Source: a virus
Lineage: Duplodnaviria; Caudoviricetes
Length of the DNA stretch: 64,000 nt
Direction: 5' to 3' (one strand)
IMG/VR virus record: IMGVR_UViG_2811995368_000001
Location: 11,894 to 75,893 of that record
Within the stretch, counting starts at the first letter, position 1. Each line of letters begins with the position of its first letter. The notes under the pieces are model-generated. The model was not told where the DNA came from, did no database searches, and saw nothing but the letters and a program-made list of their open reading frames with translations. This document shows positions 16,145 through 26,037 of the stretch, one piece after another. Both the position numbers and the translations under genes were made by a program.

Positions 16145-17719
16145 ATGGCGGCCAAGAAGAAGAATCGGAACCTACTGGAAGACCCGCGCTACGCGGACTT
16201 CGTGGAGCGGTATCACGCCGACCCGCTGCGCTTCGCCGTCGAGGTGACGGGCTTTGTCCCCAGTGCCGACCAGGAAAGCCTGTTCGAGGCCATCACGCCG
16301 GAGAGCGCCAAGGTGTCCGTGGTGTCCGGCACCGGCACCGGCAAGACCGCCGCCTTCGCGCGCATCGCGCTCTGGCATCTGCTGTGCTTCCCCGTGGCGG
16401 TCTATGAAGGCAAGGTCGAGGTGGGCAGCAACACCTACATCGGCGCGCCGTTCATCCAGCAGGTGGCCGACGGCATCTGGAAGGAAATGCAGGACACCCG
16501 CATCGCCATTGCGAACGGGCCGCACGCCTGGCTGAACGACTTTTTCACCATCACCAAGACCCGCGTCCATGTGAACGGGTTTGCGGAGCAGTGGTTCATC
16601 ACCCAGATCGCCATGAAGAAGGGTGAGGCTATCGGGGTGGCCGGCAAGCACCGCTATTGGCAGCTCATCATCATCGACGAGGCCGCCGGCGTGCCGGACG
16701 ACCACTTCAACGTCATCGACGGCACGCAGACCCAGGGCGGCAACCGCACACTGATGGCATCGCAGGGGGCGCGCAATGCCGGGCGCTTCTACGATTCGCA
16801 CCACACCCTGAACCGCAAGAACGGCGGAAGCTGGCACGCGCTGCGCTTCAACTCCGAGCTGTCGCCCTTCGTCACCACGCAATGGCTGCGCGAGCGTGCG
16901 AACGAGAGCGGCGGGCGGAATTCCGTCGAATACCAGATCCGGGTGCTGGGCCTGTTCGCCCAGAGTAGCAGCAACGTCCTCTTGACCCGCGCCGACATCG
17001 AGGCCGCCTTCGTGTCGCGCAAGCTGATTGCCGACGACGAACCCTTCGGCCTCGTGGTGCTGTCCGACGTGGCTCTGGGCGAATACCGGGACGATTCCGT
17101 GGCCGTCGTCGCCAAGATCATCGGGGATGCCGACCACGGGCCGGACGCGCGCCGCGTGGAATACATCGAAATCCCCATCGCGGCCAATGACAAGAACGAA
17201 ATCGACCTGGCCGGCGACCTGGTGAATCTCGTCGGCAAGCTGTCGAACGCGACGCTCTACGTCGATGCCGGCGGCGTGGGCGCGACCGTGTGCAAGCTGA
17301 TCGAGCGTTCCGGCGCCACGGTGGTGCGGGTGAATTGGGGCATCCCTTGCTTCAAGAACGAATACAAGAGCCGGTTCTACAACCTGCGAGCGTGCGCGAT
17401 GGTGCGCTTCCGCGACGCCATCCGGCAGGGCCGCGTGGTGCTGCCGCAGGGCATTTCCAAGAAGCTGCGCGAGAAGATCATCGACCAGGGTTCCCGGCTG
17501 CCGTACCACTTCAGCGAGGCCGGCGGCCTGCGCTACGTCATGCAGTCGAAAGAGGACATGCGCCGCGACGGCATCAAGTCCCCCGACTTGATTGACGCCA
17601 TGAGCTTTGCCTTCCTCGAAGGCGCTACCTACATGGTGAGCGACAGCGCGGCGGGCCTGACCAACAGCCTGACCGATGAGGTATCGAAGAAGGCCGCCGA
17701 AATGTTCGCCGACGTGTAG
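16145..17719 (+). CDS. terL: Terminase large subunit (P1 PacB-like)
   Basis: DPR N-terminus, SGTGTGKT Walker A, IIIDEAAGV Walker B, SPDLIDA nuclease motif. Confidence 0.92.
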   Translation: MAAKKKNRNLLEDPRYADFVERYHADPLRFAVEVTGFVPSADQESLFEAITPESAKVSVVSGTGTGKTAAFARIALWHLLCFPVAVYEGKVEVGSNTYIGAPFIQQVADGIWKEMQDTRIAIANGPHAWLNDFFTITKTRVHVNGFAEQWFITQIAMKKGEAIGVAGKHRYWQLIIIDEAAGVPDDHFNVIDGTQTQGGNRTLMASQGARNAGRFYDSHHTLNRKNGGSWHALRFNSELSPFVTTQWLRERANESGGRNSVEYQIRVLGLFAQSSSNVLLTRADIEAAFVSRKLIADDEPFGLVVLSDVALGEYRDDSVAVVAKIIGDADHGPDARRVEYIEIPIAANDKNEIDLAGDLVNLVGKLSNATLYVDAGGVGATVCKLIERSGATVVRVNWGIPCFKNEYKSRFYNLRACAMVRFRDAIRQGRVVLPQGISKKLREKIIDQGSRLPYHFSEAGGLRYVMQSKEDMRRDGIKSPDLIDAMSFAFLEGATYMVSDSAAGLTNSLTDEVSKKAAEMFADV

Positions 17720-17729
17720 GAGAAACCCG

Positions 17730-18560
17730 ATGAAGGACATCATCACCCGCTTTTTCGCTGTCATCGTTACCGGCCTGGCCGTGTCTATGGCCGTCGTCAG
17801 CGCATGGCATCGTGCCGGCGCGGACGTGGATAGGTGGCTTCTGGCCGGACTGTCCGCCGTGATCGTGCTGGCCGTGCATCTGCTGCCCGCGCTGCTGGGC
17901 CGCCTGTCCCGGCTGGTGGTCTGGCCGGTCTGGTGCCTGTGCTTCCTGGCTGCGCTCTGGGGGCACATCTGGTTCTTCGCCAATGCCAGCCACGGTGCCG
18001 CCGAGAGCCGCGCCGCCACGTCGGCCAAGTCCCAGGCCATCCAAGAGCAGCGCGCCGCCATCGAAGCCGAGCTGGCGGCCAACAAGGCCCGCAGCGCCGC
18101 GACCGTGGCCGGCATCCTCGCCCGCACAAAAGACCCGAAGGCCCGCGTCCCGCTGGAAATCGAACTGGAACAGGGGAAGCGGGCAAACGACCTGCGCGCC
18201 CGGCTGGTGGGCTTGACCGACCAGGAAGCCGCCAGTGCCGAAGTGGATCCAGTGGTGGCGCGCGTGACCGCCGTGACTGGCCTGCCCATCGAGGCGCTGA
18301 ATACGTGGTCTGGCGTGGTCATCGCCATGCTGCTTGAGGTGCTTGGCTCCCTGCTATGGGTGGCGGCACTGGCCGGGCAAACGGTGGCGCAGCGGGGCCA
18401 GCCGGACGATTCCGACATGGTGGAACGGCTCTACGCGGCCCTCGAAAACAGCGAAATCAGCCCGACCCAAGAGGATGTTTGCAAGTTCATCGGTGGGTGC
18501 AGCCACGACACCGCCCACCGCCTTTTGCGCGGCCTCGAAGTGCGGATGAAGGCCCGGTAG
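17730..18560 (+). CDS. Membrane protein of unknown function
   Basis: AGGAG RBS; about four hydrophobic segments plus coiled coil. Confidence 0.65.
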   Translation: MKDIITRFFAVIVTGLAVSMAVVSAWHRAGADVDRWLLAGLSAVIVLAVHLLPALLGRLSRLVVWPVWCLCFLAALWGHIWFFANASHGAAESRAATSAKSQAIQEQRAAIEAELAANKARSAATVAGILARTKDPKARVPLEIELEQGKRANDLRARLVGLTDQEAASAEVDPVVARVTAVTGLPIEALNTWSGVVIAMLLEVLGSLLWVAALAGQTVAQRGQPDDSDMVERLYAALENSEISPTQEDVCKFIGGCSHDTAHRLLRGLEVRMKAR

Positions 18561-18572
18561 CGCGCAAGAACG

Positions 18573-18613
18573 GGAAAAAGCGACCCATCCCGCCAGCGTC
18601 CGCAACCTACCAT
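18573..18613 (+). promoter_or_regulatory. Candidate late promoter 1
   Basis: GGAAAA at 18573, TACCAT at 18608; one of six copies with conserved spacing. Confidence 0.65.
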
Positions 18614-18640
18614 CAGGCGAGTGAAGAAAGGGGGAACCCC

Positions 18641-19459
18641 ATGCAAACCAACGTCATCACTTACAACCTGAAGGAACGGGGCCGTCAGTATCGCGGCAAG
18701 GAGCGGCACTTCAACATCCGCGCCATCGTCTCTGCCATCAACGGGCCGGCCTGCCAGGAGCGCGTGCGCAACCGCGACATGCAGGGCTACTACGGGCACT
18801 GGCCGCGCATCAAGTTCGGGCTGAACCCTGCCGAGGGCGGCCTGGACGGCGGCAAGCCGGCCCTCGTCGAACCGGCCCTCGTCACCACGCTGCTGCGCGC
18901 GCACGACGACGGCACCATCGAGCATCAAGCCGAATTTCTGGACACGGATTCCGGCCAAGTGGCCGCGAAGCTGTACGCCAGCCGCACCGGCGGCTTTTCG
19001 TCTGCCATCGACCAGACCCGCCCCGAGTTCTTCGGTTTCGACTATGTGCTTGAACCCAACTACAGCACGAACCGGGGCTACACCCTGGACGACGTGCGCG
19101 ACATGACGCTGGACGACATCGAGGCCGCCATCTACGACGAGCAGTTGCGCGGCATGGCCCACATGCTGGACGCGGCCAACGCGGAGCGCGAGCGCGCCAG
19201 CGACGTGATCGAGCGATTGAGCGCCGAGAACGAGCAGCTTCTTTCCCTGCTGGCCGCCAAGGGCATCGACGCCGGCACCGCGCTGGACGCCGCCGGGATT
19301 GCCCCGCTGGTGCTGGCCGGCGGCATCACCGAGCGCATGACCCGCGACATGGCCGCTTTCCATAGCGCCGGCGCGCTGCCGCGTTTCATCGAGCCGAAGC
19401 CTGACGAACCCGTAGCCGACCCGCTGTATGGCCGCCTGCTGGGCAAATTCACCCGCTGA
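18641..19459 (+). CDS. Head-processing protease (P1 Pro-like)
   Basis: GYYGH, GGFSSA, FFGFDYVLEPNY motifs recalled from P1 Pro family. Confidence 0.72.
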   Translation: MQTNVITYNLKERGRQYRGKERHFNIRAIVSAINGPACQERVRNRDMQGYYGHWPRIKFGLNPAEGGLDGGKPALVEPALVTTLLRAHDDGTIEHQAEFLDTDSGQVAAKLYASRTGGFSSAIDQTRPEFFGFDYVLEPNYSTNRGYTLDDVRDMTLDDIEAAIYDEQLRGMAHMLDAANAERERASDVIERLSAENEQLLSLLAAKGIDAGTALDAAGIAPLVLAGGITERMTRDMAAFHSAGALPRFIEPKPDEPVADPLYGRLLGKFTR

Positions 19460-19471
19460 TAGGGCGCCGCG

Positions 19472-20269
19472 ATGCTCCAACCCCTCAAGGAAGCCTTCGG
19501 GAGGTTCATGGGCCGCTACTACGCGACCCTGGTTCCCACCACGAAGCCGCTACAGGAATACGTGACGCGCGGGGTGGCAAAAAGTATCGCCTGGGCGCCC
19601 GCGCGCATGACCGACGCCGCCGAGGATATGCTGTCCCTCTGGATGCGCAGCGACATCCACGATTCGCCCACGCGCCCGCCTGACATGCCCGCAATTCTGG
19701 TGGCGATGGCGAAGGACTACACCCCGACGCCGCGCGACTACACCCGCCAAGTGGCCGACCGGGAAATGGTCATCATCCCGACCGACCCGAAGGAGCGGAT
19801 GTTCGGCCTGCGGGCCGTGGCTGGCGACATCCGGGCGCAGATCGTCATTTTCGCCACGGACGAACCCACTGCGCACTCGCTGGCTGCGCAATTCGGCCTG
19901 TTCCTCGATGCCACGCCGAACCGCCGATTCACGGCGCGCTACGCCTTCGCCAGCCAGCCGATGGATTGGCCCGTGCAGGTGGAGCTGCCCGACGTGCCGG
20001 CCATGAACATCCCGACCGAGGCCAAGAACCTGACGGTACTCGCCATCGACATCACCCTGCGCGCTGAAATCCCGCTCTTCGATGCACCCAAGGCCGGCGA
20101 GCCGAACGACGGCAAGGGTACGCCGGGCGACATTGCAGATCCCGCAGGCTATCCCGTGGTGCAGGGCATCAGCATCACCAGCCGCGAGGCCGGGCCGGAC
20201 GGCGGCGCAACCGACATCCGCCCATACGGCGTGGCCGTGGAAGACGGCGACGAGGGGGCGGCACCATGA
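19472..20269 (+). CDS. Virion morphogenesis protein (tail completion-like)
   Basis: 265 aa ORF in late operon; function from context. Confidence 0.5.
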   Translation: MLQPLKEAFGRFMGRYYATLVPTTKPLQEYVTRGVAKSIAWAPARMTDAAEDMLSLWMRSDIHDSPTRPPDMPAILVAMAKDYTPTPRDYTRQVADREMVIIPTDPKERMFGLRAVAGDIRAQIVIFATDEPTAHSLAAQFGLFLDATPNRRFTARYAFASQPMDWPVQVELPDVPAMNIPTEAKNLTVLAIDITLRAEIPLFDAPKAGEPNDGKGTPGDIADPAGYPVVQGISITSREAGPDGGATDIRPYGVAVEDGDEGAAP

Positions 20270-20754
20270 TCCAGATTCAGGCGACCTTCACCGGCTACGG
20301 CGGCCAGCCGTGCAGCCTGTTTTCGGCCTACGACCCCGAGGCCCGCGTGCTGGTGGTGAGCGCCGAGGCGCCGTATCGCCCCGAGCGCCGCGAAGGCTGC
20401 ACGGTGCTGACCAACGTGCCGGACATCACCCGCGACAAGCTCTTCACCGACGCCGACCTGCTGCCGGCCATTACCGCCTTCCATTCCCTGAGGAACGGGG
20501 TGGCGGGCGACGGCAAGGCCGCGCGCCTGGTGTTCGGCGACCGGGCGAACCGGGCGAACCCCGGCCCGGCTATAGAGCAGGACGGCATCGAAACCAGCGG
20601 CCCCAAGTACCGCATCAACGCCGGCGTGACGTGTGCCCAGGTGGCGGCGCTGGCGACCTGTCTCTACGCCGTCCGCTCCGACACCGTGGAGCGCACCGTG
20701 CAGATGGCCGAAGCCTTCCGGCACCTCGCCGGCGGCGGCATCTTGACCATTTGA
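20266..20754 (+). CDS. Hypothetical late protein
   Basis: ATGA overlap, 162 aa. Confidence 0.6.
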   Translation: MIQIQATFTGYGGQPCSLFSAYDPEARVLVVSAEAPYRPERREGCTVLTNVPDITRDKLFTDADLLPAITAFHSLRNGVAGDGKAARLVFGDRANRANPGPAIEQDGIETSGPKYRINAGVTCAQVAALATCLYAVRSDTVERTVQMAEAFRHLAGGGILTI

Positions 20755-20763
20755 GGCCCGGCC

Positions 20764-21102
20764 ATGCTCGACCAAGACACCCGCGCCGCCAAATCCTTCT
20801 ACCGCGAAGTGCGCAAGTTCGCGGAAAGCATCAAGCCCTGGGACACCACGGCCATCTTCTACGAGACGAAGCCGGACGAAGCCCTCGACCTGACGCTGGT
20901 TTCCGAGCGCGTCTATGGACGCCGCGACGAATACCTTGCCGTCATGGCTGCCGCCGGCCTCGATAGCCTCGATCAGCCGCTGCCCCAGAAACGCATCGTG
21001 CTCCCGAACGAGGGCCAACTCATCGCCATCAAGCGCCGCGTGGGCTTTGAATCCATCGACGAGTACCGAGAGAACGGTGCGCCGATTTGGGCGGGGGCGT
21101 AG
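20764..21102 (+). CDS. Small tail/baseplate protein (LysM/tail-X-like)
   Basis: DLTLVSERVYG...VMAAAGL...IVLP pattern. Confidence 0.5.
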   Translation: MLDQDTRAAKSFYREVRKFAESIKPWDTTAIFYETKPDEALDLTLVSERVYGRRDEYLAVMAAAGLDSLDQPLPQKRIVLPNEGQLIAIKRRVGFESIDEYRENGAPIWAGA

Positions 21103-21104
21103 CT

Positions 21105-21797
21105 ATGCTGACCATGCCGCAATTGCGGGCTGTGGTGTATCGCGGCACCGTGCTGGACACCATCGACGACGACGGGCGCAAGCACGACGAGCGCGGGAGG
21201 TTCGCGCGCAAGGACGGTAGCGCCGCTTCGCAGATTGGTGGAAAGAAGGAAGCAAAGGCGCACGCTTCCAAGGTACTGCAAGGCGCGCCAGTGGCATCCC
21301 TGCGGATTGGCGATGCGCCGCGCGGATACCCCGCACTTCGAGAGTGGGCATCTAAGTTGTTCAAGGCGGCTGGCGGAAAAGCTATCAGCCCAGAGCTGGG
21401 AGAGGTGGCTCTGGACGACCGCGCTGTCCGAGATTCAATGGCGCACGGCATGAACCCCTACAAGGCAGCGGCATTTGCGGCGGTGAAGGATGTGATTGAA
21501 AAGGGGGTTGTCGTTTTGAAGTCGGCCCACGGGCGCGACATGACCAGCGCGTATGTCAGCGCGCCAGTGAGAATTGATGGGGCTGATGATGTAGTGACTG
21601 TTCTCGTGCGGAAAGACCCGAACAGCCAGCGCATGTACCTACATAGCGTGACCACAAAAGAAAATCTCCTGAAGGCCAGGGATTCCGGGACTGACGCCGA
21701 TTTTGGCGTGGAGCGATCCGGCAAGGTCACTTCAGGAGACGTTGCAAGTGTATTGCACGAACTGCTGAATTTCAAGGGTGGCATCAATGGCGACTAA
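21105..21797 (+). CDS. Polyvalent-protein-associated domain (LPD3-like) protein
   Basis: HDERGRF leader; GEVALD...SMAHG...AFAAVKDVIEKG...APVRIDG...YLHSV; lower GC than flanks. Confidence 0.6.
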   Translation: MLTMPQLRAVVYRGTVLDTIDDDGRKHDERGRFARKDGSAASQIGGKKEAKAHASKVLQGAPVASLRIGDAPRGYPALREWASKLFKAAGGKAISPELGEVALDDRAVRDSMAHGMNPYKAAAFAAVKDVIEKGVVVLKSAHGRDMTSAYVSAPVRIDGADDVVTVLVRKDPNSQRMYLHSVTTKENLLKARDSGTDADFGVERSGKVTSGDVASVLHELLNFKGGINGD

Positions 21798-22854
21798 AAA
21801 GCCTACGGGCCGCTCCGCCGGCGGCTCTAGCCCCAGCGGCTGGCTGCCCAAGCTGCGCGGCTCTGCATCTGACCAGAAGGCGCGCGCTGCCGAGGATGCG
21901 GCCACCCGGCGCGCTGCCGGCGAATCGTCCAAATCTGTCATCCTCACCGCCAAGGACGTGCAGGGTGAATACGACGCCTACCGTGGCCTGATGACGACGA
22001 TGGGCGGGAAGGTTCGCTCGCTAACGCACGACGACCTGGCCGCGTTCCGCCACAACGTCAGGACGATGCAGAACCGCTACAAGGGCGGTATCCGCGCCCG
22101 TCAGGTGCTTGACCTGTCTCTGCCGGACGACCGCGCGCGCGCGAACGAGCAAATCCGAACCGCCGTTCCGGTGGCCGCCCACGGGAGCCGCGTGCGCTTT
22201 ATGACCAACGCCGGGCCAGATTCCGACGTGAGCCACCACCATGTCATCGTCGATTTTCTGTCCTATGCTTCCGCCGCATCCGGCGCGCGCGGGGATGGGA
22301 AGAAGTCGGCGGCATGGATGCGCAAGGAACCGCTGCGCATCGAGTGCGACTGCGGGCGCTGGCGCTACTGGTTCCGCTACATCGCCACCATCGGCAAGTT
22401 CAATGCCGGGCGCGACGAGACGGGCTACCCGAAGGTGCGCAACCCGAACCTGCACGGCGTCGCCTGCAAGCACATCCTGCGCGTCATGGCCGAGGTGGAA
22501 TCCTCGCCATCCATCCAGAACTTCCTCGCCCGGCTGATCGACAAGGCCCGCGCCCAGGACAACAACCGCGTCAGCGTGCAGATGTCCCAGGAAGAGGCGG
22601 ATAAATTGGCCGGTAAGCCCGCGTCTCGGATCCGCGATGTCGAAGCCACCATGCGCCAGCGCCAGCGCGCGCGGGAGCGTTCCGCGCTTGTCCGGGCCGC
22701 CAAGAAGGCTGCGCCGCCTCCCCCGAAGAAGAGGGCGGCAGCCAGCCGCCGCGCTGAACGCGAATCCGCCGAGGTGCTTGGCAAGAGGTTCGGCCTCGAT
22801 CCCAAGCAAGTAATGAAGCTACTGGCCCAGGCCCAACAGAACCAGAAGGGATAG
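21787..22854 (+). CDS. SWIM-type Zn-finger morphogenesis protein (P1-like)
   Basis: CDCGRWRYWFRY...PKVRNPNLHGVACKH. Confidence 0.6.
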   Translation: MATKKPTGRSAGGSSPSGWLPKLRGSASDQKARAAEDAATRRAAGESSKSVILTAKDVQGEYDAYRGLMTTMGGKVRSLTHDDLAAFRHNVRTMQNRYKGGIRARQVLDLSLPDDRARANEQIRTAVPVAAHGSRVRFMTNAGPDSDVSHHHVIVDFLSYASAASGARGDGKKSAAWMRKEPLRIECDCGRWRYWFRYIATIGKFNAGRDETGYPKVRNPNLHGVACKHILRVMAEVESSPSIQNFLARLIDKARAQDNNRVSVQMSQEEADKLAGKPASRIRDVEATMRQRQRARERSALVRAAKKAAPPPPKKRAAASRRAERESAEVLGKRFGLDPKQVMKLLAQAQQNQKG

Positions 22855-22857
22855 AAG

Positions 22858-23403
22858 ATGCTCAACAACGTGCCCGAGGCAATCAACCGCATGGCCCGCA
22901 ATGTCGTGGTCAATCACCCCAACGCATTCAACATCCAGCTTTTCCGCAAGAGCGTCACGCGCTCCGGCGTCGGCGAGGAAACTGTGGATGGCAACCCGAC
23001 GCTGGGCGGCCTGGCCGTGCTCAACACCGGCGACGAAGAGCAGTTCGAGTACGCCTATGTCGGCAACGGCTACGCTTTGCCCGCTGACCCATTCGGGGCG
23101 GCGCCGATGATGGACAGGAAGGACGCGAACACGGGGGGCATTGACGAGTTCCGCTTCCTGATCGAGCCGGAAGGCCCGTCGGGTAGCCCGGAGTGGTTCG
23201 ACGTGCGCACCAACGACGTGATCTATCTGCTGCTGGGCGACGGCCCGGCGCCGGCGCGCATCGCCTTCGAGGTTGTGGGATACGAAACCACGTCCAATAT
23301 CCCGCCCTACACGACGCGCTACGTCACGAACCGGCGTGACGACCTGCACCTGCCAGCCGGGCCGGTGGAAGACCCCGAGGACGGGGCGCCGGATGAACCC
23401 TGA
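22858..23403 (+). CDS. Hypothetical virion protein
   Basis: 181 aa ORF in late operon. Confidence 0.6.
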   Translation: MLNNVPEAINRMARNVVVNHPNAFNIQLFRKSVTRSGVGEETVDGNPTLGGLAVLNTGDEEQFEYAYVGNGYALPADPFGAAPMMDRKDANTGGIDEFRFLIEPEGPSGSPEWFDVRTNDVIYLLLGDGPAPARIAFEVVGYETTSNIPPYTTRYVTNRRDDLHLPAGPVEDPEDGAPDEP

Positions 23404-23563
23404 CCAGTACCACATCATTCCGCTTGACGACCAGCGTGAGCACGAGGCCAGCGTTTCATGCTGGTGTCGCCCGTCGTCGGACGACGACGAACCGAGCGTA
23501 TTTGTGCATCACGCGATGGACGGGCGCGAGCAATTCGAGAGCGGGGAACGGCTCCCGTCGTAG
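23393..23563 (+). CDS. Small His/Cys protein
   Basis: H...H..CWCRP...HH putative metal-binding pattern. Confidence 0.45.
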   Translation: MNPDQYHIIPLDDQREHEASVSCWCRPSSDDDEPSVFVHHAMDGREQFESGERLPS

Positions 23564-23588
23564 CCCCTAAAGGGCGCGGGATAAAACC

Positions 23589-23628
23589 GGAAAAACCGCC
23601 TTTGGCGTGGTTTTGCGGCCCGGAGAAT
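23589..23628 (+). promoter_or_regulatory. Candidate late promoter 2 (capsid operon)
   Basis: GGAAAA at 23589, GAGAAT at 23623. Confidence 0.6.
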
Positions 23629-23691
23629 GACCAGCAGTCGGCTACCAGTCGGCATTCCTGTGTTTGAACTTCTCCGAAAGGACACGAAACC

Positions 23692-25374
23692 ATGACCAAG
23701 CGCATCCAACAGGATTACTTCAAGCGCGAGACTGCCGAAGTATCCAATTTCATCACCTCCCTGAAGGACAATGCCGCCCCCAGCGGCACCTTCGACAGCG
23801 CCGCCGCCGCCGATTTCATGGCGACCGCGACCAACCAAAGCTCGGGCATCAAGATCCCCGAAACCCTGCAAGCCGTCCTCGACGACTGCAAGGACGATGC
23901 CGAGAAGGAGCGCGTCACCCGCGCCATCCTCGACGGCGTGAAAATCTACGAAGAGCAGCACGGCATGAGCGTCCCCGCCGACGTGGCCGAACAAGCTCTG
24001 CACCTGGCCTACGCCACCTCCAGCGAAGCCAAGCGCAAGTACGGCGCCGCGCTGGATTCGGCCTCGTCCATCCATCACGACCAGGGTTCCATCCAGCCGA
24101 ACCGCGCCGTGGTGTCCATCCTGACCACCTTCGCTGAAGCCATCCCGTTCGCGCACTACCTGCCGGCGGACATCGGCTCCAACGAAGCCAAGCTCGCCAT
24201 CGTGAGCCACCAGGCCGGCAACACCTTCGGCGCTTACGCCCAGAACGACCTGCTGGACGGCACGCACTCCGGCGGCGCCTACGTCGGCGCGTCCCGCGTC
24301 CATACCACCACTCCGGCGACCGCTGACGGCACCGTGGGCGGCAAGCTGACCGTCGGTCAAGCCACCAGCGACACCTGCGACCAGGGCGCCACCGGCGTCA
24401 AGCTGCTGCGTGGCCGCTCGCAGGTGTATGTCAATGGCGTGCTCGCCGCCCAGGAGCCGATCAACAGCTCCGGCTCCGGCAACTCGCCGGTCAATGGCAG
24501 CATCACCATCGCGGGCACCACCTACGTGATCGGCGGCACCATCAACACCGACACCGGCGTGTATGCGCTGACCACGACCCCGAAGATGCCCGACACCATC
24601 CCCGTGACGGTGGAAGGCTTCATCGACTTCGAGCGTGACCCGAGCGTGACCCCCTCGATCATCACGTCCGTCAGCACCTTCCCGCTGTATGCGGCTCCGT
24701 GGCGCGTCATTACCCGTCAGAGCATCGACGGCCGCACCCAGATGGCGAACGAACTGAACCTGGATCCGTACAGCGAAAGCATCATCGCCATCCAGAACCA
24801 GTTTGCCAACGAGCGCCACTACAACGTGCTGGCGAAGGCCCGCCGTCTGGCCGCGAACAACCAGTCCACCTACAACTTCGACTGGACGAACCGTTCGACG
24901 CAGCTCAAGCGCAACGACATCTGGCACGACTTCGGCGCGGCTCTCGCCAATGCGTCGCAACAGATGGCCGTCGATACCATGAACCACGGTATCACCCACC
25001 TGTACGTCGGCAAGGACATCGCTTCGCAGTTCCTGACGCTCGCCAACGACATCTTCGAGCCGTCCGGTATCGCCGTCCGTCCGGGCATCTTCCGCGTGGG
25101 CCGTCTCTTCGGCCAGTACGAGGTGTACTACACCCCGAAGGAAGTGGCCGAAACCTCCAACAGCGGCAACATCCTCTGCGTGGGCCGTGCTACCGACGTG
25201 GCGCGCAACCCCATCGTCCTGGGCGATGCCGTTCCCCCGACCGTCAAGCCCCTGCTGGCCGGCGATGACCTGCGCGAAGGCGCCGGCTTCTACGCCCGCA
25301 ACTTCACGGCGGTCAATCCGCACGGCCCGTCTTCGCTGGGCTGCGCGACCATCAACGTGACCAACCTGCGCTAA
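23692..25374 (+). CDS. Major capsid protein (P1 gp23-like)
   Basis: 560 aa, strong RBS and codon bias, precedes sheath as in P1; size fits. Confidence 0.75.
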   Translation: MTKRIQQDYFKRETAEVSNFITSLKDNAAPSGTFDSAAAADFMATATNQSSGIKIPETLQAVLDDCKDDAEKERVTRAILDGVKIYEEQHGMSVPADVAEQALHLAYATSSEAKRKYGAALDSASSIHHDQGSIQPNRAVVSILTTFAEAIPFAHYLPADIGSNEAKLAIVSHQAGNTFGAYAQNDLLDGTHSGGAYVGASRVHTTTPATADGTVGGKLTVGQATSDTCDQGATGVKLLRGRSQVYVNGVLAAQEPINSSGSGNSPVNGSITIAGTTYVIGGTINTDTGVYALTTTPKMPDTIPVTVEGFIDFERDPSVTPSIITSVSTFPLYAAPWRVITRQSIDGRTQMANELNLDPYSESIIAIQNQFANERHYNVLAKARRLAANNQSTYNFDWTNRSTQLKRNDIWHDFGAALANASQQMAVDTMNHGITHLYVGKDIASQFLTLANDIFEPSGIAVRPGIFRVGRLFGQYEVYYTPKEVAETSNSGNILCVGRATDVARNPIVLGDAVPPTVKPLLAGDDLREGAGFYARNFTAVNPHGPSSLGCATINVTNLR

Positions 25375-25401
25375 TCGGCCAGGCCGGAAAGGAGCACCAA
25401 C

Positions 25402-26022
25402 ATGACCAAGATCGTCAAGCTGGGCGCTCCTTCCCTCACGGGGAAGGACGCCAACCAACTCGTGGCCGAGGCTTTCGCCGACGCCAAGTACCCGCTCACC
25501 GTCACGGTGAAGAACCACATGCCCCGCGACGTGGTTTTCCCTGAGGTGCCGGGCCTGTTCCTGAAGCACGTCGCCCATGCCACGGAAAGCGTGAAGACCG
25601 TCAAGGTTGCCTCGCATGACCTGTTCCAGCGCGTGGCGTCGAGCATCGAGCAGATCGCCGAGCTGAACCGCTACAAGCTGGCCGTGACCATTTCCGACGG
25701 CGCCATCCCGACCGAGGCCGAGGGTGACGACGCTGGCGGCGAAGGTTCCGGCACGGGCACGGGCACCGGCGGCGAGGGCGACGAAACCATCGTCAAGAAG
25801 CCGTCCGAAGGTCTGTCCTACGACCAGCTCAAGGACGCGCTGAAGGCCAAGGGCATCGACTTCCAGGCCAACGCCAAGAAGGCCGACCTGGCCGCGCTGC
25901 TGGATGCTGCGCCCGCCGCTGTCGAAAGCGACGAGAAGCCCGCCGGTGACGCTGGCGGCGAAGGTTCCGGCTCTGCCGGTGACGCAAACGGCTCTGCCGA
26001 CGGCCAGGCCGGCGGCGAGTAA
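25402..26022 (+). CDS. Virion-associated protein with HeH/LEM-like domain
   Basis: LSYDQLKDALKAKGIDFQANAKKADLAALL flanked by Gly/acidic linkers. Confidence 0.65.
   Translation: MTKIVKLGAPSLTGKDANQLVAEAFADAKYPLTVTVKNHMPRDVVFPEVPGLFLKHVAHATESVKTVKVASHDLFQRVASSIEQIAELNRYKLAVTISDGAIPTEAEGDDAGGEGSGTGTGTGGEGDETIVKKPSEGLSYDQLKDALKAKGIDFQANAKKADLAALLDAAPAAVESDEKPAGDAGGEGSGSAGDANGSADGQAGGE
25729..25971 (+). repeat. 24-bp perfect direct repeat pair
   Basis: GACGCTGGCGGCGAAGGTTCCGGC at 25729-25752 and 25948-25971. Confidence 0.85.
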
Positions 26023-26037
26023 GAGAAGGGAGAGGCC

